This document shows, piece after piece, positions 22,784-32,000 of a stretch of 32,000 nucleotides of DNA. The notes beneath the pieces are model-generated. The model saw only the letters and a program-made list of their open reading frames with translations. It did not search any database and was not told the origin of the DNA. Where the stretch lies: contig NZ_CP026606.1 in NCBI RefSeq assembly GCF_002945325.1, positions 210,001-242,000 on the forward strand, given 5' to 3'. A program made the position numbers and the translations under genes. Positions within the stretch are counted from its first letter, which is position 1. The number at the start of each line of letters is the position of its first letter. This stretch comes from Methanococcus maripaludis (GTDB lineage Archaea > AGJL01 > Methanococci > Methanococcales > Methanococcaceae).

Positions 22784-24142
22784 ATGAAGCAGGTTAAAAA
22801 ATTAGAAAACGAAAAAATTAATAATCTCATGATAAGGTATGTTATCCCCTCGATTGCAGGAACTGTTATTATTGGGATTTATGGGATAATTGACGGGATA
22901 TTTATTGGACGAACAGTCGGAGCTGAAGGTCTTGCAGGGGTAACATTTTCATTTCCCGTTTTGATCGCAATTAGCTCCATAGGAGTTATGATTGGAGCTG
23001 GATCTTCTGCAATAATATCGATAAGCCTTGGAAAAAAAGACTACAAAAAAGCATCCTGCATATTAAAAACTGCACTAACTTACATTATACTGATAAGCCT
23101 GATAATTACTTGTTTTGGCTATCTGCTAATAGACCCGGTTATTTCATTCATGAACCTTTCAAAAAATTTGGAAATATATGTTGCAGGGTATTCAAAAATA
23201 ATAATTCTTGGTGCAATTGCACAAATTTTTGCGATATCTCTTGACCCGATACTTAGAAACGACGGCTTTCCAAAAAAATCCATGATAATTCTGGCATTAA
23301 TGTCGATATTTAACATTATACTTGATTATATATTGATAGTTATATTTAATTTTGGTGTTATAGGGGCTGCCGCTGCTACTGTGCTTGCACAAGGTCTTGG
23401 ATCAATTTTATACTTAAAACATTTCTTAAGCGGTAAATCAAACGTTAAAATCGGGAAAAATAGTCCATTTTTAGAATTTTCGACTATTAAAAGAATTGCA
23501 AAAACCGGATTTTCACCGTTTATCATGGAACTTGCATTTGGAATACTGATGATAGTACACAATATCCAGTTTATGAGATATGGAAGTCCATTAGACGTTT
23601 CTGCATACGGTATTGTAATATATATCACATCATTTCTATACATGGTCTATTTGGGGATTTCAGAAGGCGTTCAGCCATTGATAAGCTACAACCATGGAGC
23701 TAAAAAATTCAACAGGGTTTTTGAAATATTAAAAAAAGCAGTGTTTGTCAATGCAATACTCGGTATTTGTTCATTTTTAACAATTTTAAAGTTCCCAAAT
23801 CTTTTAATAAAGATTTTCAATCCCCATGATACGAATTTAATCACAACAACCACAATCGGCCTTGAAATTCATAATTTCGCAATTTTAATCATGGGTGTTT
23901 CTATGGTATTGATGATGTATTTTTTAGCAACGGAACAGCCAAAAATTGCAGGATTTTTATCCCTTGGAAGAACCTTGATTTTTATACTCCCTGCAATTAT
24001 TCTATTTCCCATATACCTTGGAATTAAAGGAATATGGTGGTCAACAGTATTTTCGGAATACTTGAGCTTTATTATTACAATTTACTTCATAACTAAAGAA
24101 TTTAAAAAGATAAAATATGAAAAACTAAACGTTAAAAAATAA
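22784..24142 (+). CDS. MATE family efflux transporter
   Basis: 452 aa with about 12 TM segments. The N-terminus KLENEKINNLMIRYVIPSIAGTVIIGIYGIIDGIFIGR is typical of MATE/NorM proteins. Confidence 0.8.
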   Translation: MKQVKKLENEKINNLMIRYVIPSIAGTVIIGIYGIIDGIFIGRTVGAEGLAGVTFSFPVLIAISSIGVMIGAGSSAIISISLGKKDYKKASCILKTALTYIILISLIITCFGYLLIDPVISFMNLSKNLEIYVAGYSKIIILGAIAQIFAISLDPILRNDGFPKKSMIILALMSIFNIILDYILIVIFNFGVIGAAAATVLAQGLGSILYLKHFLSGKSNVKIGKNSPFLEFSTIKRIAKTGFSPFIMELAFGILMIVHNIQFMRYGSPLDVSAYGIVIYITSFLYMVYLGISEGVQPLISYNHGAKKFNRVFEILKKAVFVNAILGICSFLTILKFPNLLIKIFNPHDTNLITTTTIGLEIHNFAILIMGVSMVLMMYFLATEQPKIAGFLSLGRTLIFILPAIILFPIYLGIKGIWWSTVFSEYLSFIITIYFITKEFKKIKYEKLNVKK

Positions 24143-24240
24143 GTTAAGGTTTAAACATTAGCGAGTTGTCTAAATAGTATAAAAATAAATATTATTTCTT
24201 AAACTTAATCCGAATTTTAAAATTTTAAAATGGTCAAAAT

Positions 24241-25464
24241 ATGCTTCAATTAACCCTTGAAAGTTCATTTTCAAACACTTTGACGGTTTCGGAACTGAAT
24301 TCTTATGTAAAAAGCACTTTAGAAGAAGATTTTTTATTAAAAAGAGCTTGTATTAAAGGAGAAATTTCAAACTGTACCTTACATAAATCAGGACATGTTT
24401 ATTTTACATTAAAGGACGAAAACAGCGCAATTGATTGTGTAATGTTTAAACCATATACTAAAAAGTTAGATTTCAGCCCTACTGAAGGTATGAGCGTAAT
24501 AATAAAAGGAAAAGTATCTTTGTATACAAAAACTGGAAAATACCAGTTTTATTGTAATGAAATGGAAAAAGAGGGTCTTGGGGATTTATTTATAAAATTT
24601 AAAAAATTAAAAGAAAAACTCGAAAGTGAAGGATTATTTAACGAAGAGTACAAACAAAAAATCCCGAAATACCTGAAAAACATTGGAATCATTACATCCC
24701 CAACAGGGGCAGCCATTAGAGATATTATCAAAGTTACGAGAAATAGAAACAGTTCTGTTAATATAATTATATATCCTGCAGTGGTTCAGGGCGAATCTGC
24801 TGCAAAAACAGTTATTGCCGGAATTTCAGAGCTAAATAAACTTGAAAAAATCGATTTAATCATTATTGCTCGTGGTGGAGGATCGATGGAGGATCTTTGG
24901 TGCTTCAACAACGAATCCCTTGTAAGAACAATTTTTGAATCGAAAAAACCAGTAATTACAGGAATAGGGCATGAAACAGATTTTACGATTTCCGATTTTG
25001 TAAGCGATTTAAGGGCTGCAACACCATCAAATGCTGCAGAACTTGCCATATATAATGAATACGAATTGAAATCGATGATTAATAACCTTGAAAGAATGTT
25101 AAAACACAAGGTAAAGACTGAAATTTCAAACAGGTCTTACGAGTTAGACATTCTTTATTCAAAAATCGAAAAAAACAGCCCGAAATCTAAAATTGAAAAA
25201 CAAAAAGTGCATGTTGATAAAATACGGGCTCAAATGAATCATGAAATTAAAAATAAAATTTCTTACGAAGTAAAGCGCTTTGAAAAGTCGTATTCACTTT
25301 TAAATGCATATAATCCGTTAAATGTACTGAATAAAGGATACAGCATTATACAGGATGAAAATGAAAAAATTATAAGTTCAAAATCTTCGCTAAATTTAGA
25401 AAATGATGTAAAGATTACGTTAAAAGATGGAATTGTTGAAGCACATATTACTTTGAAAGAATAA
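24241..25464 (+). CDS. xseA: exodeoxyribonuclease VII large subunit
   Basis: N-terminal OB-fold segment LTVSELNSYVKSTLEEDF...IKGEISNCTLHKSGHVYFTLKDENSAIDCVMFK. Central segments IGIITSPTGAAIRDI, IIARGGGSMEDLW and TGIGHETDFTISDFVSDLRAATPS. Confidence 0.9.
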   Translation: MLQLTLESSFSNTLTVSELNSYVKSTLEEDFLLKRACIKGEISNCTLHKSGHVYFTLKDENSAIDCVMFKPYTKKLDFSPTEGMSVIIKGKVSLYTKTGKYQFYCNEMEKEGLGDLFIKFKKLKEKLESEGLFNEEYKQKIPKYLKNIGIITSPTGAAIRDIIKVTRNRNSSVNIIIYPAVVQGESAAKTVIAGISELNKLEKIDLIIIARGGGSMEDLWCFNNESLVRTIFESKKPVITGIGHETDFTISDFVSDLRAATPSNAAELAIYNEYELKSMINNLERMLKHKVKTEISNRSYELDILYSKIEKNSPKSKIEKQKVHVDKIRAQMNHEIKNKISYEVKRFEKSYSLLNAYNPLNVLNKGYSIIQDENEKIISSKSSLNLENDVKITLKDGIVEAHITLKE

Positions 25465-25485
25465 AAAAGGATACTGGTGATATTT

Positions 25486-25689
25486 ATGGACAATTATGAA
25501 GAATTAATTGAAAAACTTGAAAATATCGTAAATTCAATGGAAAATGATGAATTATCACTTGAAGAAGCCATGAAAAACTACGAAGAAGGGATAAAATTGA
25601 GTAACAAACTTTATAAAATTTTAAACGAAGCTGAAGGAAAGATTAAACTACTGTCTGAAAACGGCGAAATTGACTTTAACACTGAATAA
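25486..25689 (+). CDS. xseB: exodeoxyribonuclease VII small subunit
   Basis: ATG 25486 follows GGTGAT (the track start GTG 25477 lies inside the SD). EELIEKLENIVNSMENDELSLEEAMKNYEEGIKLSNKLYKILNEAEGKIKLL. Confidence 0.85.
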   Translation: MDNYEELIEKLENIVNSMENDELSLEEAMKNYEEGIKLSNKLYKILNEAEGKIKLLSENGEIDFNTE

Positions 25690-25698
25690 GGGAATTTT

Positions 25699-26118
25699 AT
25701 GTATTATATCTCAATGATTATCGTAGTTTTAGCAAGTATACTCTACCATATCTGTCAAAAATCAATTTCAAGCGGTGCAAACCCTTATGTTTCACTAATG
25801 ATTACATACCTCGTTTCAATAATTTCGACAGTTGCTGCAATTATTATACTGAATGGAAAAATCGATATCATAGAATCTGTCAAAAATTTAAACTGGGCAA
25901 GCTATGTTCTTGGAATTTCCATTGTATTTTTAGAACTTGGATTTTTACTTGTTTACCGTGCAGGCTGGAATGTAAGCGTTGCGGCACTTACTGCATATGT
26001 TGCAGTTGCAGTTTTATTAATACCTGTAGGAATACTTTTATTTAAAGAAAATATCAGTATTTTAAAAGTTTTAGGAATTTTATTTTGCGTATTGGGACTA
26101 ATTTTAATCAATAAATAA
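25699..26118 (+). CDS. small 4-TM membrane protein (EamA/DMT-like half-size transporter candidate)
   Basis: 139 aa with four hydrophobic segments, located between xseB and uvrA. Confidence 0.5.
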   Translation: MYYISMIIVVLASILYHICQKSISSGANPYVSLMITYLVSIISTVAAIIILNGKIDIIESVKNLNWASYVLGISIVFLELGFLLVYRAGWNVSVAALTAYVAVAVLLIPVGILLFKENISILKVLGILFCVLGLILINK

Positions 26119-26235
26119 TTCAAAGTCGGATCAATTCTGTAATATATATCCCCAAATTATCCGATATTCGTACCGTTTTTATTTTATACATCGTCACGTA
26201 TATTTTTATAAAAATTTTAATCCAAATTATTCCAA

Positions 26236-29100
26236 ATGATAGTTATGAAAGATATCATCATAAAAGGCGCAAGAGAACATAATTTAAAAAATATCTCGCT
26301 AACACTTCCAAGAAATAATTTAATAGTTGTAACTGGAGTTTCCGGCTCTGGAAAGTCCACAATAGCATTTGATACGATATATGCCGAAGGTCAGAGAAGG
26401 TATGTTGAATCACTTTCAGCATATGCAAGACAGTTTTTAGGGCTTATGAATAAACCTGATGTTGATAGTATTGAAGGATTATCCCCTGCAATTGCAATAC
26501 AGCAGAAAACAACAAGTAAAAACCCAAGAAGTACCGTTGGAACGGTTACTGAAATTTATGACTACTTAAGACTGCTTTACGCAAGAATTGGAATTCCATA
26601 CTGTCCCGAACACAATATTAGAATAGAATCACAGAGTCCTGAAAAAATAGCTGAAAAAATCGAAGAAGAATTTTCTGAAACTGTGACGATATTGTCCCCC
26701 ATTGTGAGGCAGAAAAAGGGAACCTACCAAAAACTCTTTAAAGACTTAAATTCCGAAGGTTTCGCAAGAATTCGTGTAAATGGCGAAATTTACAGAACTG
26801 ATGACGAAATAACACTTGAAAGGTACAAAAAACATGATATTGAAATTGTTATCGATAGATTAACTCCAAAAGATGACCATTCAAGGCTTGTTGAAGCCTG
26901 TGAAAGAGCACTTGAACGTTCAGGCGGACTTTTAATTGTAACTGGCACTAAAAATAATGAAGAATTTGAAAAAATTTATTCTTCAAATTTAGCCTGCCCA
27001 ATATGTGGTATTTCGTTTGAAGAGCTTCAGCCAAGAATGTTTTCATTTAACAGCCCATTTGGTGCATGTGAATACTGTAGCGGACTTGGAATAAAAATGG
27101 AGTTTGATGCGGACTTGATAATTCCAGATAAAAACAAATGCATTGCTGACGGTGCAGTTGCACTTTATAGAAACTTCCTTGATGGATACAGGTCACAACA
27201 TCTGGCGGCAGTTGCAAATCATTTTGGATTTACGGTTTTAACACCGATAAAAGACCTTTCAAAAGAACAGTTAGACATTTTGATGTATGGAAGTCCTGAA
27301 AAAATTCATTTTAAAGTATCAAATGGCAGTGGAGATACCGAATGGAGCCAGAATAAACCATGGGAAGGGCTTATCCCGCAATCCATTAGACTCTACAATG
27401 AAACTAAATCAGAATACAGAAGAAAAGAACTTGAAAAGTTCATGAAAGTCAGTTTGTGTCCAAAATGTGGTGGAAAACGTTTAAAAGATAAAGCACTTGC
27501 CGTAAAAATAGAAGATAAGTCTATTATCGATTTAACGGATCTTTCAATTTCAAAAGCAGAAGAATTCTTTAATAATTTAAAATTAACGGATAAAGAGTAC
27601 GAAATTGCAAAACAAGTTATAAAAGAAATAAAATCGAGATTAAAATTCTTAAATGACGTTGGTTTGGGATATTTAACCCTTTCAAGGCGTTCTGGAACAC
27701 TTTCAGGTGGAGAAGCTCAGAGAATAAGACTTGCAACCCAGATTGGTTCAAACTTAACTGGTGTTTTATATGTACTCGATGAACCATCAATTGGCCTTCA
27801 CCAAAGAGACAACCAAAAATTAATTGAAACGCTCCATAAATTAAGAAATTTAGATAATACATTGGTTGTTGTTGAACATGACGAAGATACAATTTTAAAT
27901 GCAGATTATGTCGTAGATATGGGGCCAGGTGCAGGAGTTCATGGTGGAGATGTTGTTGCAGTTGGAACGCCAACAGAAATTTCAAAAAATAAGGATTCGT
28001 TAACTGGAAAATACCTATCTGGCGAATTAAAAATCGAAATACCAAAAAATAGAAGAAAAAGCGATAAATTTTTAAAACTTTCAAACTGCAGGCAGAACAA
28101 TTTAAAAAATGTGTCTGTTGAAATTCCAACAGGAGTATTTAACGTGATTACAGGAGTTTCGGGAAGTGGAAAATCCACTTTAATTTATGAAAACCTGTAT
28201 CCTGCATTGAAAGAAAAAATAAAATCTGAAGAGAGTGTTGAGGAACTTGATTTTGAGGATCAGCTCTACGAAAATACTAAAGAAAAATGCAATCTTGAAA
28301 TCAATTCAGAAATCGATAAAGTTGTCGTAATTGACCAGAGCCCGATTGGAAGAACCCCTCGATCAAACCCTGCAACTTACACGAAAGTATTTGATAAAAT
28401 CAGGCAGGTTTTTGCAGAAACCAAAGAAGCAAAAATAAAAGGGTATGGTCCAGGAAGGTTCTCTTTTAACGTGAAAGGAGGACGCTGTGAAAACTGTCAG
28501 GGCGATGGAGTTATAAAAATAGAAATGAACTTTTTGCCAGATGTTTTTGTGGAATGTGAAGAGTGTAAGGGTGCTAGATACAACCACGAAACTCTTGAAG
28601 TAAAATATAAAGGAAAATCAATTTCCGATGTTTTAAACATGAGTGTTGAGGAGGCAAGAGAACATTTTAAAAATATTCCGCAGATTTCAAATAAATTAAA
28701 AACTCTGTGCGATGTTGGGCTTGGATACATTAAATTAGGACAGAGTTCCACAACACTTTCAGGTGGAGAAGCTCAAAGAATTAAATTAACAAGGGAATTA
28801 TCCAAAAGAGCTACGGGAAACACCATATATTTACTCGATGAACCGACAACAGGACTTCACTTCCACGATGTTAAAAAATTAATCGATGTTTTAAACAGCC
28901 TCGTTGAAAAAGGAAACACTGTAGTTGTAATCGAACATAACCTCGATGTAATAAAATGTGCTGACCACATAATCGACCTTGGACCTGAAGGCGGGGAATT
29001 TGGCGGTAAAATCATTGCAACAGGGACTCCCGAAGAAATTGCAAAATGTAAATTAAGCCATACTGGAAAATTCTTAAAAAACATTCTTTCCAAAAATTAA
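26236..29100 (+). CDS. uvrA: excinuclease ABC subunit A
   Basis: IIKGAREHNLKNISLTLPRNNLIVVTGVSGSGKSTIAFDTIYAEGQRRYVESLSAYARQFLG. Two ABC modules (LSGGEAQRI occurs twice) and zinc-finger CxxC pairs. ATG 26245 is an alternative start. Confidence 0.97.
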   Translation: MIVMKDIIIKGAREHNLKNISLTLPRNNLIVVTGVSGSGKSTIAFDTIYAEGQRRYVESLSAYARQFLGLMNKPDVDSIEGLSPAIAIQQKTTSKNPRSTVGTVTEIYDYLRLLYARIGIPYCPEHNIRIESQSPEKIAEKIEEEFSETVTILSPIVRQKKGTYQKLFKDLNSEGFARIRVNGEIYRTDDEITLERYKKHDIEIVIDRLTPKDDHSRLVEACERALERSGGLLIVTGTKNNEEFEKIYSSNLACPICGISFEELQPRMFSFNSPFGACEYCSGLGIKMEFDADLIIPDKNKCIADGAVALYRNFLDGYRSQHLAAVANHFGFTVLTPIKDLSKEQLDILMYGSPEKIHFKVSNGSGDTEWSQNKPWEGLIPQSIRLYNETKSEYRRKELEKFMKVSLCPKCGGKRLKDKALAVKIEDKSIIDLTDLSISKAEEFFNNLKLTDKEYEIAKQVIKEIKSRLKFLNDVGLGYLTLSRRSGTLSGGEAQRIRLATQIGSNLTGVLYVLDEPSIGLHQRDNQKLIETLHKLRNLDNTLVVVEHDEDTILNADYVVDMGPGAGVHGGDVVAVGTPTEISKNKDSLTGKYLSGELKIEIPKNRRKSDKFLKLSNCRQNNLKNVSVEIPTGVFNVITGVSGSGKSTLIYENLYPALKEKIKSEESVEELDFEDQLYENTKEKCNLEINSEIDKVVVIDQSPIGRTPRSNPATYTKVFDKIRQVFAETKEAKIKGYGPGRFSFNVKGGRCENCQGDGVIKIEMNFLPDVFVECEECKGARYNHETLEVKYKGKSISDVLNMSVEEAREHFKNIPQISNKLKTLCDVGLGYIKLGQSSTTLSGGEAQRIKLTRELSKRATGNTIYLLDEPTTGLHFHDVKKLIDVLNSLVEKGNTVVVIEHNLDVIKCADHIIDLGPEGGEFGGKIIATGTPEEIAKCKLSHTGKFLKNILSKN

Positions 29101-29107
29101 AGATAAT

Positions 29108-30691
29108 ATGATAAATATTTCAGATATTCCGAAAAATCCGGGCTGCTATATTTATAAAAACGAATCCGGAACTGTAATTTATGTTGGGAAAGCAAAAAAC
29201 TTGAAAAAAAGAGTTAGTAGCTACTTTAACAAAAAAAATCACGATCCTAAAACCGAAAAACTTGTAAAATCAATTTACGAGATGGAATTCATAGTAACAG
29301 ATAATGAAGTCGAAGCTTTGATTTTAGAAAATACTTTAATCAAAAAATACAGTCCTAAATACAATATAGACTTAAAAGACTCTAAAAATTATGCATATAT
29401 CTACATTAGCGAAGAAAATTTCCCAAGAATTGGAATATCGAGAAATAAATCAAAAAAAGGAAAATTTTATGGACCATTTACTTCTGCAAAGGAAAGAGAT
29501 TATGTTTTGGATGTTTTAAAAAAGACTTTCAAAATAAGATCTTGTAAAAATATGCACAAACGTCCCTGTTTAAGGCACCATATAAAAAACTGCACCGCGC
29601 CATGTAGTGGTGACATAACCTCCAAAGATTATTTGAATCAGATAAAAAAGGCAGAACATGTTTTAAAAGGACATATCGATTCATTAATTGATGAACTCAA
29701 AATTGAAATGGATAATAAATCAAAAAATCTGCAGTTTGAAGAAGCTTTATTGATTAGGGAAGAAATAAATGCAATTGAAAGACTTAAGACTCGTCAAAAC
29801 GTTAAAAGAGATGTAAAATATAATGAAGATGTAATCAGCGTCCTTGAAAAAAGCGGAAAACTCCATATAATGGTTTTTAATGTATTGAAAGGAACGCTTT
29901 TTGATAGAAAATACTTTGAATTTGATTACACAGAAAATTTCTTTGAAGAGTTTTTAATCCAGTATTATTCAGAAAATGAAGTTCCTTCAGAAATTATACT
30001 TTCAGAGCTGCCTAAAAATCTTGAAGAAGATAATAATGAATACAATTCTGATGCAATTTTAGAGTATCTGTCAAAAAAGAAAGGTTCAAAAGTTGCTTTT
30101 AAAATCCCTAAACAAGGAGAGAAAAAACAACTTTTAGACCTTGCTATAAAAAATCTTGAAATTTATGTTAATGGAAATGAAATAAAAGTTCAAAGTTTAA
30201 AAAACAAATTAATGCTTGATAAAAGTCCAAATGTAATAGAATGCTTTGATATATCGCATCTTTCAGGAACATTTACTGTTGGATCAATGGTCCAGTTTAG
30301 AAATGGAAAACCTGACAAAAAAAATTACCGCAGATTTAAAATAAAAACAGTTTCTGGAATAGATGACTTCAAATCCATTTCTGAGGTAGTATTTAGAAGA
30401 TACAGTAAATTAATCGAAGAAAATTTGGAATTGCCTGATTTAATAATTATTGATGGTGGAAAGGGCCAGCTTTCGTCAGCATTTTCTGAACTTCGAAAAT
30501 TAAAACTTAAAATTCCGCTAATTTCGATCGCAAAACGTGAAGAAGAAATTTACACTCCCGGAATTGAAAATCCCCTTCCAATAAAGAAAAATGAAAAAGC
30601 ATCCCTATTTATTCAGGAAATTCGTGATGAAGCACACAGATTCGCAATAAATTACAATCGATTACTTAAAAAAAAGGAATTGATAAAATGA
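29108..30691 (+). CDS. uvrC: excinuclease ABC subunit C
   Basis: GIY-YIG N-terminus (GCYIYKNESGTVIYVGKAKNLKKRVSSYF), UVR domain (FEEALLIREEINAI), and C-terminal endonuclease region. Confidence 0.95.
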   Translation: MINISDIPKNPGCYIYKNESGTVIYVGKAKNLKKRVSSYFNKKNHDPKTEKLVKSIYEMEFIVTDNEVEALILENTLIKKYSPKYNIDLKDSKNYAYIYISEENFPRIGISRNKSKKGKFYGPFTSAKERDYVLDVLKKTFKIRSCKNMHKRPCLRHHIKNCTAPCSGDITSKDYLNQIKKAEHVLKGHIDSLIDELKIEMDNKSKNLQFEEALLIREEINAIERLKTRQNVKRDVKYNEDVISVLEKSGKLHIMVFNVLKGTLFDRKYFEFDYTENFFEEFLIQYYSENEVPSEIILSELPKNLEEDNNEYNSDAILEYLSKKKGSKVAFKIPKQGEKKQLLDLAIKNLEIYVNGNEIKVQSLKNKLMLDKSPNVIECFDISHLSGTFTVGSMVQFRNGKPDKKNYRRFKIKTVSGIDDFKSISEVVFRRYSKLIEENLELPDLIIIDGGKGQLSSAFSELRKLKLKIPLISIAKREEEIYTPGIENPLPIKKNEKASLFIQEIRDEAHRFAINYNRLLKKKELIK

Positions 30692-32000
30692 GTTCTCCCG
30701 ATTTCAAGTTAAAAGCAGATTTTAAACCAAAAGGATCCCAGCCAGAAGCAATTGCAGGGCTGGTTAAAGACCTTGAAAAAAATCCAGAAAAAAGTAAGCA
30801 GACACTGCTTGGTGTTACAGGTTCTGGAAAAACTTTTACTATTGCAAATGTTATTGAAAAAGTTCAAAAACCAACACTGGTAATTGCGCACAATAAAACA
30901 CTTGCGGCACAACTTTATAATGAGTTTAAAGAATTCTTTCCTGAAAATCGAGTAGAATATTTTGTTTCGTACTATGATTACTATCAGCCAGAATCATATA
31001 TTCCACAAAAAGATCAATATATTGAAAAGGATGCACAGATCAACCCGAAAATTGAGCAGATGCGTCTTCGTGCAACTTCTGCAATTCTTTCGAGAAGGGA
31101 CGTGATAATTGTTGCATCGGTTTCCTGCATATATGGTCTTGGAAATCCTGAACTTTTTAAAGAAATGGGTTTTGAACTTAAAGTTGGAGAAAAAATCAAA
31201 AGATCCGACATTATTGAAAAATTAGTAGATATTCAATACGAAAGAAACGATATGGAATTAGTTCCAGGAAGATTCAGGGTAAAAGGCGATACTTTAGATA
31301 TTATTCCCGGATATCAAGATGATATTTTAAGAGTTGAAATGTTTGGGGATGAAATTGACAGAATTTATGAATTGGATCTAAAAAACATGTCTAAAAAACA
31401 TGAAATAGATTCATTTTACATGTATCCTGCAAAACACTTCGTAATTCCCGAAGAAGATAAGAAAAATGCGATTAAATCTATTTTAAAAGAACTCGATGAA
31501 TGGCTTGTAAATTTAGACATGCTAAAATCCCACAGGTTAAAGCAGAAAACCCTGTATGATATAGAAATGATTGAAGAAACTGGAAGCTGTAAGGGAATTG
31601 AAAATTATTCGAGGCATTTTGAAAATAGGAAAGAAGGAGAACCTGCATACTGCCTTTTAGACTATTTCCCTGAAGATTTTTTGATTGTAATTGATGAAAG
31701 CCACCAGACAATCCCGCAAATTCGCGGAATGTATAAAGGAGACCGTTCAAGAAAACAGTCATTGATTGATTACGGTTTCAGACTTCCAAGTGCATATGAC
31801 AACCGCCCACTTAAATTTGAAGAATTTAAAAAATACATGAATAATGTAATTTTTGTGTCAGCTACCCCTGGAGAATACGAATTAGATAATTCAAATCAGG
31901 TTGTAGAACAGATTATTAGACCAACAGGATTGCTTGATCCAGAAGTTGAAATAAGGCCGATTGAAAATCAGGTTGAAGATATCATAAAAGAAACTGAAAA
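30688..32000 (+). CDS. uvrB: excinuclease ABC subunit B (5' part; continues beyond window end)
   Basis: Not in the track because no stop falls in the window. ATG 30688 overlaps the uvrC stop (ATGA). Product begins MSSPDFKLKADFKPKGSQPEAIAGLVKDL...LLGVTGSGKTFTIANVIEKVQKPTLVIAHNKTLAAQLYNEFKEFFPENRVEYFVSYYDYYQPE. Confidence 0.97.
   Translation, partial: MSSPDFKLKADFKPKGSQPEAIAGLVKDLEKNPEKSKQTLLGVTGSGKTFTIANVIEKVQKPTLVIAHNKTLAAQLYNEFKEFFPENRVEYFVSYYDYYQPESYIPQKDQYIEKDAQINPKIEQMRLRATSAILSRRDVIIVASVSCIYGLGNPELFKEMGFELKVGEKIKRSDIIEKLVDIQYERNDMELVPGRFRVKGDTLDIIPGYQDDILRVEMFGDEIDRIYELDLKNMSKKHEIDSFYMYPAKHFVIPEEDKKNAIKSILKELDEWLVNLDMLKSHRLKQKTLYDIEMIEETGSCKGIENYSRHFENRKEGEPAYCLLDYFPEDFLIVIDESHQTIPQIRGMYKGDRSRKQSLIDYGFRLPSAYDNRPLKFEEFKKYMNNVIFVSATPGEYELDNSNQVVEQIIRPTGLLDPEVEIRPIENQVEDIIKETE

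Noticed and set aside
27617-29093. Antisense ORFs inside uvrA (27617..28129-, 27939..28178-, 28363..28587-, 28497..28751-, 28857..29093-).
   Set aside because: They are fully contained in the unambiguous uvrA reading frame and have no start signals.
30709-31762. Minus-strand ORFs 30709..30912, 31014..31211 and 31478..31762.
   Set aside because: They lie antisense to uvrB. The track omits uvrB only because it has no stop codon within the window.
24241-32000. Whether the xse/uvr repair cluster is itself part of a mobile island.
   Set aside because: There are no flanking repeats, integrase or tRNA within the window, and the composition looks like the surrounding host genes.

Overview
This is an AT-rich euryarchaeal chromosome segment that looks Methanococcus-like, judging from GGTGAT-type ribosome-binding sites, A/T-rich TATA boxes about 25-30 nt upstream of transcription units, and gene content. 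No species is claimed. All functional calls come from reading motifs in the supplied translations and the DNA. No database search was run.

Left 18 kb (563-18554): an integrated virus- or plasmid-like element sits in a tRNA-Ser(UGA) gene, bounded by imperfect 62-bp direct repeats. attL is a displaced tRNA 3' half and attR lies inside the intact tRNA. The element carries:
- a regulator with four tandem AbrB-like repeats, divergent from an intact tyrosine integrase
- an Xis-like HTH protein and a PrimPol-SF3 helicase replication protein
- an iteron-rich, origin-like intergenic region
- an operon of small membrane proteins, including a two-helix protein built like the major capsid proteins of spindle-shaped archaeal viruses
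- a 1232-aa protein, more Xis-like HTH paralogues, and a P-loop ATPase

At the attR-proximal end is a three-gene cassette (15962-18200): an unknown 326-aa protein, a PIN-like nuclease and a multi-TM protein. It is bracketed by a 28-bp direct repeat. I consider this cassette the best candidate for an undescribed toxin-antitoxin, abortive-infection or superinfection-exclusion system.

Right 13.4 kb (host): an EF-Tu-domain protein with a degenerate G domain, L-aspartate dehydrogenase, a PRC-barrel protein, an apparently orphan Dam-like N6-adenine methyltransferase, a MATE transporter, and a co-directional bacterial-type repair cluster (xseA-xseB-membrane protein-uvrA-uvrC-uvrB, with uvrB running off the window).
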